Positions 27,459-37,100 of a stretch of 64,000 nucleotides of DNA are shown in pieces. How positions within the stretch are numbered: the stretch's first letter is position 1; the number at the start of each line of letters is the position of its first letter. Source of the DNA: Candidatus Falkowbacteria bacterium (GTDB taxonomy: Bacteria > Patescibacteriota > Patescibacteriia > CAIXNZ01). Both the position numbers and the translations under genes were made by a program. Where the stretch lies: the NCBI GenBank assembly GCA_016927685.1, contig JAFGMD010000012.1:23866-87865 (forward strand). Reading direction: 5' to 3'. A model generated the notes under the pieces. That model was not told the DNA's origin. It saw only the letters and a program-made list of their open reading frames with translations, and did no database searches.

Positions 27459-29177
27459 ATGGTTTACAAAAAAACAAGGACTCCTTATGCCCATACACGT
27501 GGCGATAAGGACCAAAAATTGAAAATTATGGTGTTGGGCGGACTGGAAGAAGTCGGCCGCAACATGACGCTCATGGAATACGGCCAAGATATTATTATCA
27601 TTGACATGGGCCTGCAATTTCCCGAAGAAGATATGCCGGGCATTGATTATATAATCCCCAATATTTCCTATTTGAAGGGAAAAGAACGAAATATTAGGGG
27701 TGTAATTATTACTCATGGACATTATGACCACATCGGCGGTATTCCCCATATTATGCCGAAAATCGGCAATCCTATCATTTATACAGCCAGACTATCAGCT
27801 GGCATTATCCAAAAAAGACAAGAGGAATATAAAAATTCGCCTAAATTAAAATTTTATATTACTGACGAAAACAGCAAATTGCGCTTGGGCGCTTTTAATG
27901 TGGAATTTTTCCGCGTCAATCATAATGTGCCAGACAGCTTTGCCGTCGTGATTAAAACTCCGGTTGGCACCATTGTGCACACTGGTGATTTCAAAATCGA
28001 TCATAACCCTATCAATGACAGGCCAGCTGATTTGAATCGCATTGCCCAAGTCGGTTCTGAAGGCGTGACTGCTTTAATGGCGGACTCAACTAATGCTGAA
28101 GAAGAAGGTTATCAGATATCTGAAAATGTTGTAAGCGAAGAATTGGAAAGAATTTTTGAGAAAGCCAAGGGCAGGCTGATTATTGGCACATTTGCTTCCC
28201 TGCTCAACCGTGTTCAGCAAGTTATTTCTATAGCCGAACAATTCAACCGCAAAGTTATCGTGGAAGGGCGCAGTATGAAAACTAATGTGGAAATCGCCCA
28301 TAAACTCGGCTATATGAAAATTAAACCCGGCACAATATTGGAAATTGATCACTATAATCAGCGCGATTATCCGGATAACAAAGTTGTAATCGTTGGTTCT
28401 GGCGCCCAAGGTGAACAAAATGCCTTTTTAGTCAGATTTGCTGAAGACGAACATAAATACCTTTCTGTTAAAGAAGGAGATACAATTATCTTCTCTTCTT
28501 CAGTAATTCCAGGCAATGAAAGAACGGTTCAGAATCTTAAAGATACGCTGGCGCGCAAAGGTGCCAAAATTATTCACTACAAATTAATGGATGTGCATGC
28601 TGGTGGTCATGCCAAGAAAGAAGATTTAAAATTAATGCTGCGTCTGATTAAGCCAAAGCACTATATTCCCATTGAAGCCAATCATTACATGTTAAATATC
28701 AATGGTGAGATTGCTGAAAATTTAGGCATGCCTAAAGAAAATATTTTTGTCGCTGATAATGGACAGATTATTGAATTTACAAAAAAGGGAGGCAAACTCA
28801 CCAAAGAATATATTCCGGCTGATTATGTCATGGTTGATGGACTTGGCGTGGGAGATGTTTCAAACATTGTCTTGCGCGACCGCCGCGTTATGTCAGCTGA
28901 CGGCATGCTGGTAGTTATTGCTACTGTTGAATACAAAACAGGAAGATTAATTGGCAACCCAGATATTATTTCCCGCGGTTTTGTCTATATGAAGGAAAAT
29001 AAAAAACTTATTGAATCCACTAGAATGAAAGTTAAAAAAATCTGCCAGGACCATGATGCCAAATCCCCTGCTTTTGATGATTTGATAAAAAATAAGATTC
29101 GCGATGAAATTGGCCAATATTTATATCAACAGACAAAACGCCGACCCATGATATTGCCAGTAGTCATTAAAGTATAA
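27459..29177 (+). CDS. rnj: Ribonuclease J
   Basis: LGGLEEVGRNM, ITHGHYDHIGG, HTGDFKID, VHAGGH, RRPMILPV. Confidence 0.97.
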   Translation: MVYKKTRTPYAHTRGDKDQKLKIMVLGGLEEVGRNMTLMEYGQDIIIIDMGLQFPEEDMPGIDYIIPNISYLKGKERNIRGVIITHGHYDHIGGIPHIMPKIGNPIIYTARLSAGIIQKRQEEYKNSPKLKFYITDENSKLRLGAFNVEFFRVNHNVPDSFAVVIKTPVGTIVHTGDFKIDHNPINDRPADLNRIAQVGSEGVTALMADSTNAEEEGYQISENVVSEELERIFEKAKGRLIIGTFASLLNRVQQVISIAEQFNRKVIVEGRSMKTNVEIAHKLGYMKIKPGTILEIDHYNQRDYPDNKVVIVGSGAQGEQNAFLVRFAEDEHKYLSVKEGDTIIFSSSVIPGNERTVQNLKDTLARKGAKIIHYKLMDVHAGGHAKKEDLKLMLRLIKPKHYIPIEANHYMLNINGEIAENLGMPKENIFVADNGQIIEFTKKGGKLTKEYIPADYVMVDGLGVGDVSNIVLRDRRVMSADGMLVVIATVEYKTGRLIGNPDIISRGFVYMKENKKLIESTRMKVKKICQDHDAKSPAFDDLIKNKIRDEIGQYLYQQTKRRPMILPVVIKV

Positions 29178-29343
29178 TTAAATACTGCAAAAATCCGGCT
29201 AAAAGCCGGCTTTTTGTTTTCTATTGACAAATAATAATATTTTTGTTAAAATAGCCTATTAAAATATCAAAGTATTTTAATTTTGAATATAAGGGAATTT
29301 TGTATTTTGAAAATAAAAAACCACTGATTAAGAGGAGGGCTAG

Positions 29344-30567
29344 ATGAAAAAATGGCAAAGAAATATTCTGATCGTGTTGGCAGGCCTAATTATTGTCTTT
29401 ATGGTTTTTGCAACCATTGACAATATTGGTCAGCTTGGCTTACTTATGGGGTTTTTAAAAATTATAGCTGCTCATTGGCTGGCCGTTTCAATAGTCACTA
29501 TAGGTCTTGCTATTTGCGGAGGCCTTATCTGCCTGATTATTTGGCTCTTTCTTAAAGAAAGGGCTGAAAAAACCGAAAGGGCCGAAGAAATTCAAAATTT
29601 GCGTGAGCAGATAGAGAATTTAAAAAATCCCAAAAAAGCAGAAGATTCAGAGCAGGGCGCTATCTATTCTGAACAAGAAGAGGAAATAGGCAGTGAGGCA
29701 GAAATTCAGGTTGGAGATGAAACTCCTCCGGCACCCACAAATAAAAAGGGGCCGGCATCAAACACCTGTGATGAGCCCTCTCCTATTACTGAAGCTGGCT
29801 TTATTAACGAAATTAAGGCCTTTATCACAAAGGGTAATCGGCGTATTATCGCTATTACCTTAAGCTCCTTGATCATTCTCCTACTGCTTACGCTAGGCCT
29901 TGGCTTTGCAACTTACAAGTTCTGGCAACGCAGCAATTATTTCAAGGCACAGAGCGAGACATTGCAGGGCCTGGTAAAGTCATGCACTGACACCAATGCT
30001 TTTTACAACATTTTGAACAAGCAGCAGGAGCTTATGATGAAATTTGGCATCCCGGTGCCTGAATCAATTGATCCCAAAGAAGTGGCAAAGTGGAACGTGG
30101 ATGCCACGTTCGTAAATTTGTACTGCCAGTTCCGCAGTAACCAGATCGAGGTCAATAAAGAATACCTTGACCTTTTGCCCAAATTTCCGCAGGCACCAAA
30201 ATGTACCTGCAATATTCAGGCCTGTACTGAAGGCAAGGACGCGGTAACTGCACCACCCACTGACGAAAAACCAAAGGCAGAATGCGGCGATGGCAAATGC
30301 GAAAAAGATGTAGGTGAGAATATTAATTCTTGTCCTACAGACTGTAAGCCAAAGCATTTTTGCGGCGATGGCAAATGCAATAAGGACGAGGATAAAAATT
30401 CTTGTCCTAACGACTGCTATGAAGAAACGCCCAGCCCGCCAAAACCGGTTTGCGATGACGGCATCTGCCAGCCACAGTCAGGGGAAAATTATATCAATTG
30501 TTCTGACTGTGAAGACAATAGAGAAATCCAGCCCATGGACGTTTATCCAGGGTGCGATAATCAGTAA
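29344..30567 (+). CDS. Three-TM membrane protein with C-terminal CGDGxC cysteine-rich repeats (array gene 1)
   Basis: TM segments near aa 8-25, 40-70 and 168-192; three C(G/D)DGxC...E...C..DC repeats; GAGGAGG SD; promoter 29224-29252. Confidence 0.85.
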   Translation: MKKWQRNILIVLAGLIIVFMVFATIDNIGQLGLLMGFLKIIAAHWLAVSIVTIGLAICGGLICLIIWLFLKERAEKTERAEEIQNLREQIENLKNPKKAEDSEQGAIYSEQEEEIGSEAEIQVGDETPPAPTNKKGPASNTCDEPSPITEAGFINEIKAFITKGNRRIIAITLSSLIILLLLTLGLGFATYKFWQRSNYFKAQSETLQGLVKSCTDTNAFYNILNKQQELMMKFGIPVPESIDPKEVAKWNVDATFVNLYCQFRSNQIEVNKEYLDLLPKFPQAPKCTCNIQACTEGKDAVTAPPTDEKPKAECGDGKCEKDVGENINSCPTDCKPKHFCGDGKCNKDEDKNSCPNDCYEETPSPPKPVCDDGICQPQSGENYINCSDCEDNREIQPMDVYPGCDNQ

Positions 30568-30571
30568 TAAC

Positions 30572-30603
30572 AAGGCCCTCACCATATTGGTGAGGGCCTT
30601 TTT
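30572..30603 (+). terminator. Intrinsic terminator, array gene 1
   Basis: AAGGCCCTCACCA-TAT-TGGTGAGGGCCTT-TTT. Confidence 0.9.
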
Positions 30604-30688
30604 CTTTTACTTGACAAAATAAAAAAAATATACTAAAATGCTTTATTCAGTATTGAATCTGTAATTTAAAACCAAGGAGGAACAAAAA

Positions 30689-31645
30689 ATGAAAAAGGTG
30701 ATTTTGGGAATTATTGTTTTCCTGACAGCACTTACGGTTTTTGCCGGGGTGCCGAACTATGCCTACAAAGATGGCCATTTCATTCCTACGCTCATTGAGA
30801 TTGACAAGACCATCGCTGGCGAGGACTTTGACCAGCTGCGTCTCAATGCGGAGAGCTTGAAAAATTGTCCTGAATGCATTGTTATTATCCAGGGAGTTGG
30901 AGAAAATCCGGGAATGAAAGCCGAAACAGTCAAGCTCTGGCTGCTCAACAACGAAAAGGTCCCTCAAAACCAGGTACGAATTTTGAAAACAGCCGGCATG
31001 CAGCCAATCAAAACCACAAACAATGGCGTGCTACTGACTATTGCCACCAAACAGGATCTGGAGGATGAAAAATTCCCAGAAAATATCTATGTAAAAAGCG
31101 AGACTGGGTATAAGCCTCTTTACGTTAAAGGCGACTGCCAACTGCTTGGCAAATTAAACGACACCCTTTACTTGATCAAACTGCTTTGTCCGGGTTTCAC
31201 CTGCGCAACTCCGGAATGTATGGAAATCGTACCCATTACGCCAACAAAACCTGACTGCAGTATTTGCAAAAACTGCCCTGAGTGCCAAAAAGGCCAAGCC
31301 GCCTACATCGAAAAATCGGACAAGGAAATCTTAAAAGATTCTTTGCTCTACTGGGGCCCGATTGGTGCCGCAGCAGGCCTAGGAGCTTCTCTCTTTTATG
31401 TGGAGGGCGCTCATGACAACAATGGCAATGGCGGAGGCAACGCTGGCATGTGCGTGAAAAAAGATGTACATGACGGCATTGAATATGACTGGGGCTGCGT
31501 TGCTCTGGTCACTGTCGGTGGTTATGCTGCTGGGGTCGGAATCGGCTATCTCGGCGAAAAAACCTATTATGTTGGCAAAGGGAATAACAAAAAAGAAGTT
31601 ACTCTTGCGCCAACAACCGGCGGTATAAAAGCAAGCTGGAAATAA
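30689..31645 (+). CDS. Secreted protein with a degenerate OmpA-like domain, Cys-rich linker and C-terminal Gly-rich hydrophobic helices (array gene 2)
   Basis: Signal peptide; CPECIVIIQG...KAETVKLWLLNNEKVPQNQVRI; DCSICKNCPEC; AAGGAGG SD; promoter 30611-30639. Confidence 0.75.
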   Translation: MKKVILGIIVFLTALTVFAGVPNYAYKDGHFIPTLIEIDKTIAGEDFDQLRLNAESLKNCPECIVIIQGVGENPGMKAETVKLWLLNNEKVPQNQVRILKTAGMQPIKTTNNGVLLTIATKQDLEDEKFPENIYVKSETGYKPLYVKGDCQLLGKLNDTLYLIKLLCPGFTCATPECMEIVPITPTKPDCSICKNCPECQKGQAAYIEKSDKEILKDSLLYWGPIGAAAGLGASLFYVEGAHDNNGNGGGNAGMCVKKDVHDGIEYDWGCVALVTVGGYAAGVGIGYLGEKTYYVGKGNNKKEVTLAPTTGGIKASWK

Positions 31646-31651
31646 TAATCC

Positions 31652-31684
31652 AAACCCCGAGTCAGAAATGACTCGGGGTTTTTT
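31652..31684 (+). terminator. Intrinsic terminator, array gene 2
   Basis: AAACCCCGAGTCA-GAAA-TGACTCGGGGTTT-TTT. Confidence 0.9.
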
Positions 31685-31748
31685 CATTTATCTTAGCAAA
31701 ATAATCATTATTATATTTATAAATAGCAATACTGTTAAATAACTATCC

Positions 31749-31789
31749 TTGACAAAAACACTAACTTATGCTACAATACCCTATTAAAC
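31749..31789 (+). promoter_or_regulatory. sigma70 promoter, duplicated copy A
   Basis: TTGACA-N17-TACAAT; the 25-mer CTTATGCTACAATACCCTATTAAAC (31765-31789) is identical to 32885-32909. Confidence 0.85.
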
Positions 31790-31931
31790 TAAATTGAATT
31801 AAGCTTTTGAAAATAGTCAAAAATCATTGACCTCTTTCAGTAGCTTAATTGGAGAAAAATCTCCATAAAAATATAGTAGGATCTTTGAAACAAGAAACAA
31901 ACCAAACATAAATTTTCCGAAGGAGGAAAAA

Positions 31932-32765
31932 ATGAAAAAAACATACGCTTCCTTTGTCGCGCTGATTTGCGCGATGTCGCTTCTGTTCGTAACCTTGATT
32001 CCGAACCAAGCTTTGGCAGCCACAAAACCGGCAGTCAATGAAGAGGCAGCGACCTCAATGATTCCCCTGAACCCGGACTGGGAAATTCAATATTTCCCGA
32101 CCGGATTCTCGACAGTCACCCGAGAGATTGAACAACAGATCCAGCCCCTGCTGGCGTGGCACAAAAGCCACCCGGAGGATATGTTCATCGTGATGGGCGC
32201 GGTGTCTGATAAACCATTCAGCAAGGATAGCGACAATAAACAGATGCAGTTGGCCACGGACCGGGCAATGGCTGTTCATAAGTATCTTACGGACAATGCA
32301 GTGCCGAAGAACAAAATCGTCATTCTGAAGTCCAATATGATTGCCATTGAAAAAGGCAACTATCGAAAAAATCAAAAGGTAATGGTATGGCATGCATATC
32401 ATCCCGAGCTATCTTCGACGCCATTGGTTACCGAAAATAAGCCATGTCCGCCTCAGCAGGAATGTCCAGTGCCAAAGTGCGACAAGTGCGATAAAGCACC
32501 GAATTACATCGTCAATGTACCGCCCCAATGCACCAAAGAGGAGTCGGATGTGATTGATCCTATCACCGGCATCCGGACCATCACAATCAACGTGACTTGC
32601 CCTGACGAGGTGCAAAAGGAAATGTGGTGCAAAGCTCATAAAGGCGCTTGCACGGCACTGATCATCGGCGGAATCGTCCTCATCGGAGGCATTTTGGCCA
32701 TTGGCTGCGCCCAGGGCGCCAGCGGACCCAATGGGTCCGGCGGTGATGCGGGTTTCTGTTTTTAA
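31932..32765 (+). CDS. Secreted protein with an OmpA C-terminal-like domain, Cys-rich linker and C-terminal TM (array gene 3)
   Basis: Signal peptide; YFPTGFS, HPEDMFIVMG, QLATDRAMAVHKYL...VPKNKI, NQKV (OmpA-like pattern); TM ALIIGGIVLIGGILAIG; AAGGAGG SD. Confidence 0.8.
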   Translation: MKKTYASFVALICAMSLLFVTLIPNQALAATKPAVNEEAATSMIPLNPDWEIQYFPTGFSTVTREIEQQIQPLLAWHKSHPEDMFIVMGAVSDKPFSKDSDNKQMQLATDRAMAVHKYLTDNAVPKNKIVILKSNMIAIEKGNYRKNQKVMVWHAYHPELSSTPLVTENKPCPPQQECPVPKCDKCDKAPNYIVNVPPQCTKEESDVIDPITGIRTITINVTCPDEVQKEMWCKAHKGACTALIIGGIVLIGGILAIGCAQGASGPNGSGGDAGFCF

Positions 32766-32781
32766 CCATCCTAAGCTACTT

Positions 32782-32814
32782 AACCGGGTATACATTCGTG
32801 TGTACCCGGTTTTT
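32782..32814 (+). terminator. Intrinsic terminator, array gene 3
   Basis: AACCGGGTATACA-TTCG-TGTGTACCCGGTT-TTT. Confidence 0.9.
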
Positions 32815-32868
32815 CTTATATAAAATATGCTGAAATTAGCATAATTTTAATAATTAAGTTAACCACTC

Positions 32869-32909
32869 TTGACAAAATCATTTTCTTATGCTACAATACC
32901 CTATTAAAC
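32869..32909 (+). promoter_or_regulatory. sigma70 promoter, duplicated copy B
   Basis: TTGACA-N17-TACAAT; shares the 25-nt identity with copy A. Confidence 0.85.
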
Positions 32910-33008
32910 CTGTAAAAGGTTTTCAATGAAATATATAGGCAATTAGTTGTTTGCGAGATAAAGGGTCTTTTAAAACAAAATTCCAAAATTGGAAAAGGAG
33001 AAGATAAA

Positions 33009-33833
33009 ATGAAAAAGATAATGATGGCTCTTTTGGTTTCTTTGTCCGTGGTTTTCGCGGCCTGCGAAGGCGGCGACTACAATGATCACTCCTCCCATGA
33101 CTACGACCCCGATGAAATCTGCGGCAACGGCGTCTGCGGCAATGGTGAAACCCACCAGAATTGCCCGGCTGACTGCGACGCAGATTCTGAGCCGGTCTGT
33201 GGCAATGGGATCTGCGAAAATGGCGAGAATGAGAGAAACTGCTTTGAGGATTGCGGCACCACGCCCTGCACCGACGCCAATGAGAACGGCGTCTGTGATG
33301 ATGCCGAATATATCGGCATCTATTGCTACAGCAATACGGAGCTGGACGCAATCTATGGCGACACTGTCCACTATGGACAGTTTAGCTCGCCAAGCGAAAC
33401 TCCTGGAGTATGGGAGGCAGAAAACGATGTCCCTGGATTCATCGAATCTGGCGACACGATTTGCTTCACTACTCCGAGGCCATTGCCCGAGGTAGAGCAC
33501 GGCTATGAGTCACTCTACGCTGATGTGACAGCAGGGCCGTTTTCAGCCGGACAATGGATAGGTTTCAGTGTGGCACCAAAAAGCATTAACGTCCTCAGGG
33601 GCAACACCATCACATCTCGACCGATTCTGCCCTACTTCGCCGGGATGGGCTATCATGCCTGTCTTGACGAAGAGCAACCGCTATGTTGGACCAACCTATG
33701 CACGATCAGCGCAAGCGGTGTCTGGACCTGCTACGATGACGGCGTCCCCGACAGCGAATGCGGTTTGACAAAAACTTGCCAGACCTGCGTTCTGCACTGC
33801 CGGGAACTCTACAACATTTTGCTCTCCCCCTGA
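33009..33833 (+). CDS. Cysteine-rich lipoprotein (array gene 4)
   Basis: Lipobox VFAA-C; two CGNGxC...E...NC..DC repeats; C-terminal domain shared with gene 5; AAGGAG SD. Confidence 0.85.
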   Translation: MKKIMMALLVSLSVVFAACEGGDYNDHSSHDYDPDEICGNGVCGNGETHQNCPADCDADSEPVCGNGICENGENERNCFEDCGTTPCTDANENGVCDDAEYIGIYCYSNTELDAIYGDTVHYGQFSSPSETPGVWEAENDVPGFIESGDTICFTTPRPLPEVEHGYESLYADVTAGPFSAGQWIGFSVAPKSINVLRGNTITSRPILPYFAGMGYHACLDEEQPLCWTNLCTISASGVWTCYDDGVPDSECGLTKTCQTCVLHCRELYNILLSP

Positions 33834-33846
33834 ATTTTTGCCTATC

Positions 33847-33883
33847 AAAGGCCCGCGTACTGAAAAAGTACCCGGGCCTTTTT
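33847..33883 (+). terminator. Intrinsic terminator, array gene 4
   Basis: AAAGGCCCG.GTAC-loop-GTAC.CGGGCCTTT-TT. Confidence 0.85.
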
Positions 33884-34150
33884 CTTTTCTAGAAAAACCT
33901 AATTTATTTCATCAAATAAAACAACTTGACAAATCCTAAAAATATGCTAAGATATGCTATTCTGAAAAAGTAAAGGAAATTCAGGGATAATAGCCCTATT
34001 TTATATAGAAACAGGTGTTTTGTTGGCTCATTAAAATAAAATCAAAAAACCCTCTAAATTGAGGGTGAGGAGGAAAAAATGGAACTATGGGTTTCAAAGG
34101 AAACGTGCCATAATGGCAATAAAAAAAATGACCAAAAGGAGGTCAAAAAA

Positions 34151-37100
34151 ATGAAGAGAACAATCACGGCTTTTGTCATTTGCATGATCATGCTGACACT
34201 TGCAGCCTGCAAGGGCGGCAACTACAATGACAATTCTGGATCAGGTGGAGCCAATACTCCTCCGACAGTTGTCATTAATACGCCAAACGAGGACGAGACC
34301 TTTTTGCCGGATTCTGACATCAATATCAGGGCCCATGCAACAGACAATGGGACCGTCGCCAGAATCGTGATTCTCCAAGGCGAAACCGTCTTGTGCAGGA
34401 ATGATGCCTTTACTTTGAATTGCACCTGGGAAGATGTGCCGGCTGGGCATTATACTCTGGTTGCCATTGCCACGGATAATGAAGGCGCAACCGGATCTGA
34501 CACTGTTCGAATTTTTGTTGGCAATGCACCTCCGGGCACAAACCTTCCGCCAGAAGTGACTATTACTTCACCTGCAGACGGAACAGATTATCCGGCACCA
34601 GCGAACTTCACGGTCATGGTTTATGCCACCGACCCTGATGACCTAGTTGCTTCAGTGCAATTCTGGATTGATGACACTCCATTGGGAACAGACAATACAA
34701 CGCCATACAGCCTAGATGTAACAGATTTGCCAGCTGGCAGATATGTGCTTTGGGCAGAGGCAACTGATAGCCGAGGAGCAACGGGAATTTCACAGCTGGT
34801 TGTTATCGAAGTCGGTAATATATCGCCTCTTGATAACACTCCGCCTGTGATCACTATTGTTTCCCCAGCTAACGGAGCCAATTATCAGGCTCCAGCGAAC
34901 TTCAATGTCGGCGCAGTAGCTATTGATGCAGACGGCGACGCTATCGCTAGCGTTGATTTAATGCAAGGAACAACTACCTTGGCAACCTTAACCGCAGAAC
35001 CTTACGTTTTCTCAATCAATAACTTGCCCATTGGCACCTATGTGTTTTGGGGCAGAGCAACTGATGTCTATGGAGCGCAAGGTATTTCTGAACCGGTTAC
35101 TGTGAGCGTTACAAACACGCCGCTGGTTGCCAATAATCCGCCAAATGTTTTGGTTACTTCCCCAGCGGATGGCGCTACTTACATCGCACCAGCCAACTTC
35201 AATATCACAGCTGAAGCAGTAGACACGGATGGCGACTTAATTGCCAGCGTAACATTCTTGATTAACGGCACAGTTTTGGGAACAGACAATACTGCTCCCT
35301 ATTCTGTACCTGTCACCAACTTGCCCATAGGTAACTATGTTATCTATGCCCGGGCAATTGACGCGCGTGGAGCTGTGGGGATTTCCCAACTTATTAGTGT
35401 TCATGTCGGAACAGTCTCTCCCACAGCTAACACTCCCCCAACCGTGGTCATGGTCAGCCCAGCAGACGGCGCCACTTACACGGCACCGACCAACATACAA
35501 GTTGGTGCTATTGCTTCTGACCCAGATGGCGATGCCATTACTCATGTTGAATTGATGCAGGGGAACACTCTTCTACTCACTGACACAACTGCGCCTTACA
35601 ACATATCAATTACCAACTTGCCCGCTGGAACTTATGTTTTTTGGGCAAGAGCAATTGATTCGCGCGGAGCATCTGCTATTTCGCAGCTTGTCAGAATCAG
35701 AGTGTACAACCCCACACCAGCCATAAACAATCCACCACGCGTCATTGTGGTTTCTCCAGCTGATGGTGCCACATACACAGCACCGGCAAGCTTGAGTGTC
35801 ACGGCTTACGTGACTGACCCGGATGGTGATGCGATTGGACAAGTTGAGCTGTTACAAGGTGGAACAGTCATAGGCACGTTTAATTCAGCGCCCTATACTG
35901 TCGTTTTGAACAATCTCACGGCAGGCAACTATGTTTTTTGGGCTCGTGGGACTGATGCTCGTGGAGCAACCGGTGTATCACAGCTCGTGCAAATACGAGT
36001 TGGCAATCCTACACCAGCCATAAATATCCCGCCAAATGTCATTTTAACCTCGCCTGGCGATGGAGTCAGCTATGTAGCCCCGGCTAATTTCAATGTCGGA
36101 GCAGACGTAGTAGATTCTGATGGCGACATCATCACCCAGGTCGAGCTTATGCAGGGAAATACGGTTTTGGTCATTGACACAACGGCACCTTATACTCTGC
36201 CAATCACCAACCTGCCAGTAGGTAACTATACTTACTGGGCCAGGGCAACTGATAGCAGGGGCGGGGTCGGCGTTTCTCAATTGGTCAGAATCACTGTTGT
36301 GGCAGCACCTCCAGTCGTTAATAATCCGCCGTTAGTGATTATCACTTCTCCGGCAGACGGTGCCACTTATCTGGCACCGGCGAACTTCACTGTCACGGCA
36401 ATTGCCACGGATTCGGACAACGACGCAATTGTATCGGTTACGTTTATGAATGGGAACACGGTTTTAGGAACAGATATTTCTGCTCCTTTCTCTGTGCCCA
36501 TTGTTAACCTGCCGATTGGCAATTACGTCATTTACGCCCAAGCAACAGATGCGAGGGGCGCTGTGGGTACTTCTCAATTAATCAACATTTTCGTTGGAAA
36601 TGTATCACCCACTATCAATAACCCGCCTATTGTGGTTATTGTCTCTCCGTTTGATGGCGCTACTTATACTGCGCCGGCTGACTTTATTGTCAGTGCCTTT
36701 GTGAATGACCCGGATGGTGATGCCATTACCGGCGTTGAATTTTTGATGGGAAGCACAGTACTTGGAGTGGATAATACCGCTCCGTACGATGTTTCAGTCA
36801 CAAATTTGGCGGCTGGAAATTACGTTCTCTGGGCCAGGGCAACTGATAACCGCGGTGCGGTTGGTATGTCCCAATTGGTAACAATCCATGTTGGGAGCTT
36901 GCCACCTTCGGTTAATAATGATCCTCTGGTAATTCTGGTTTCGCCAGCTAATGGAGCCAATTATGTAGCGCCAGCTGACTTTTACGCGCAAGCGCTCGTA
37001 ATTGATCCGGATGGCGATGCCATTATCCAAGTGGAATTCTTAGTTGGTAATGATGTGGTGGCAGTTGATTCAACAGCACCATTCACAATGCCGGTCAAAC

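Noticed and set aside
32055-33768. Long antisense or alternate-frame ORFs (32055-32402, 32409-32795, 32923-33351, 32970-33500, 33082-33495)
   Set aside because: Shadows of GC-rich coding sequence with few off-frame stops; the + strand genes have an SD, signal peptides and coherent domains.
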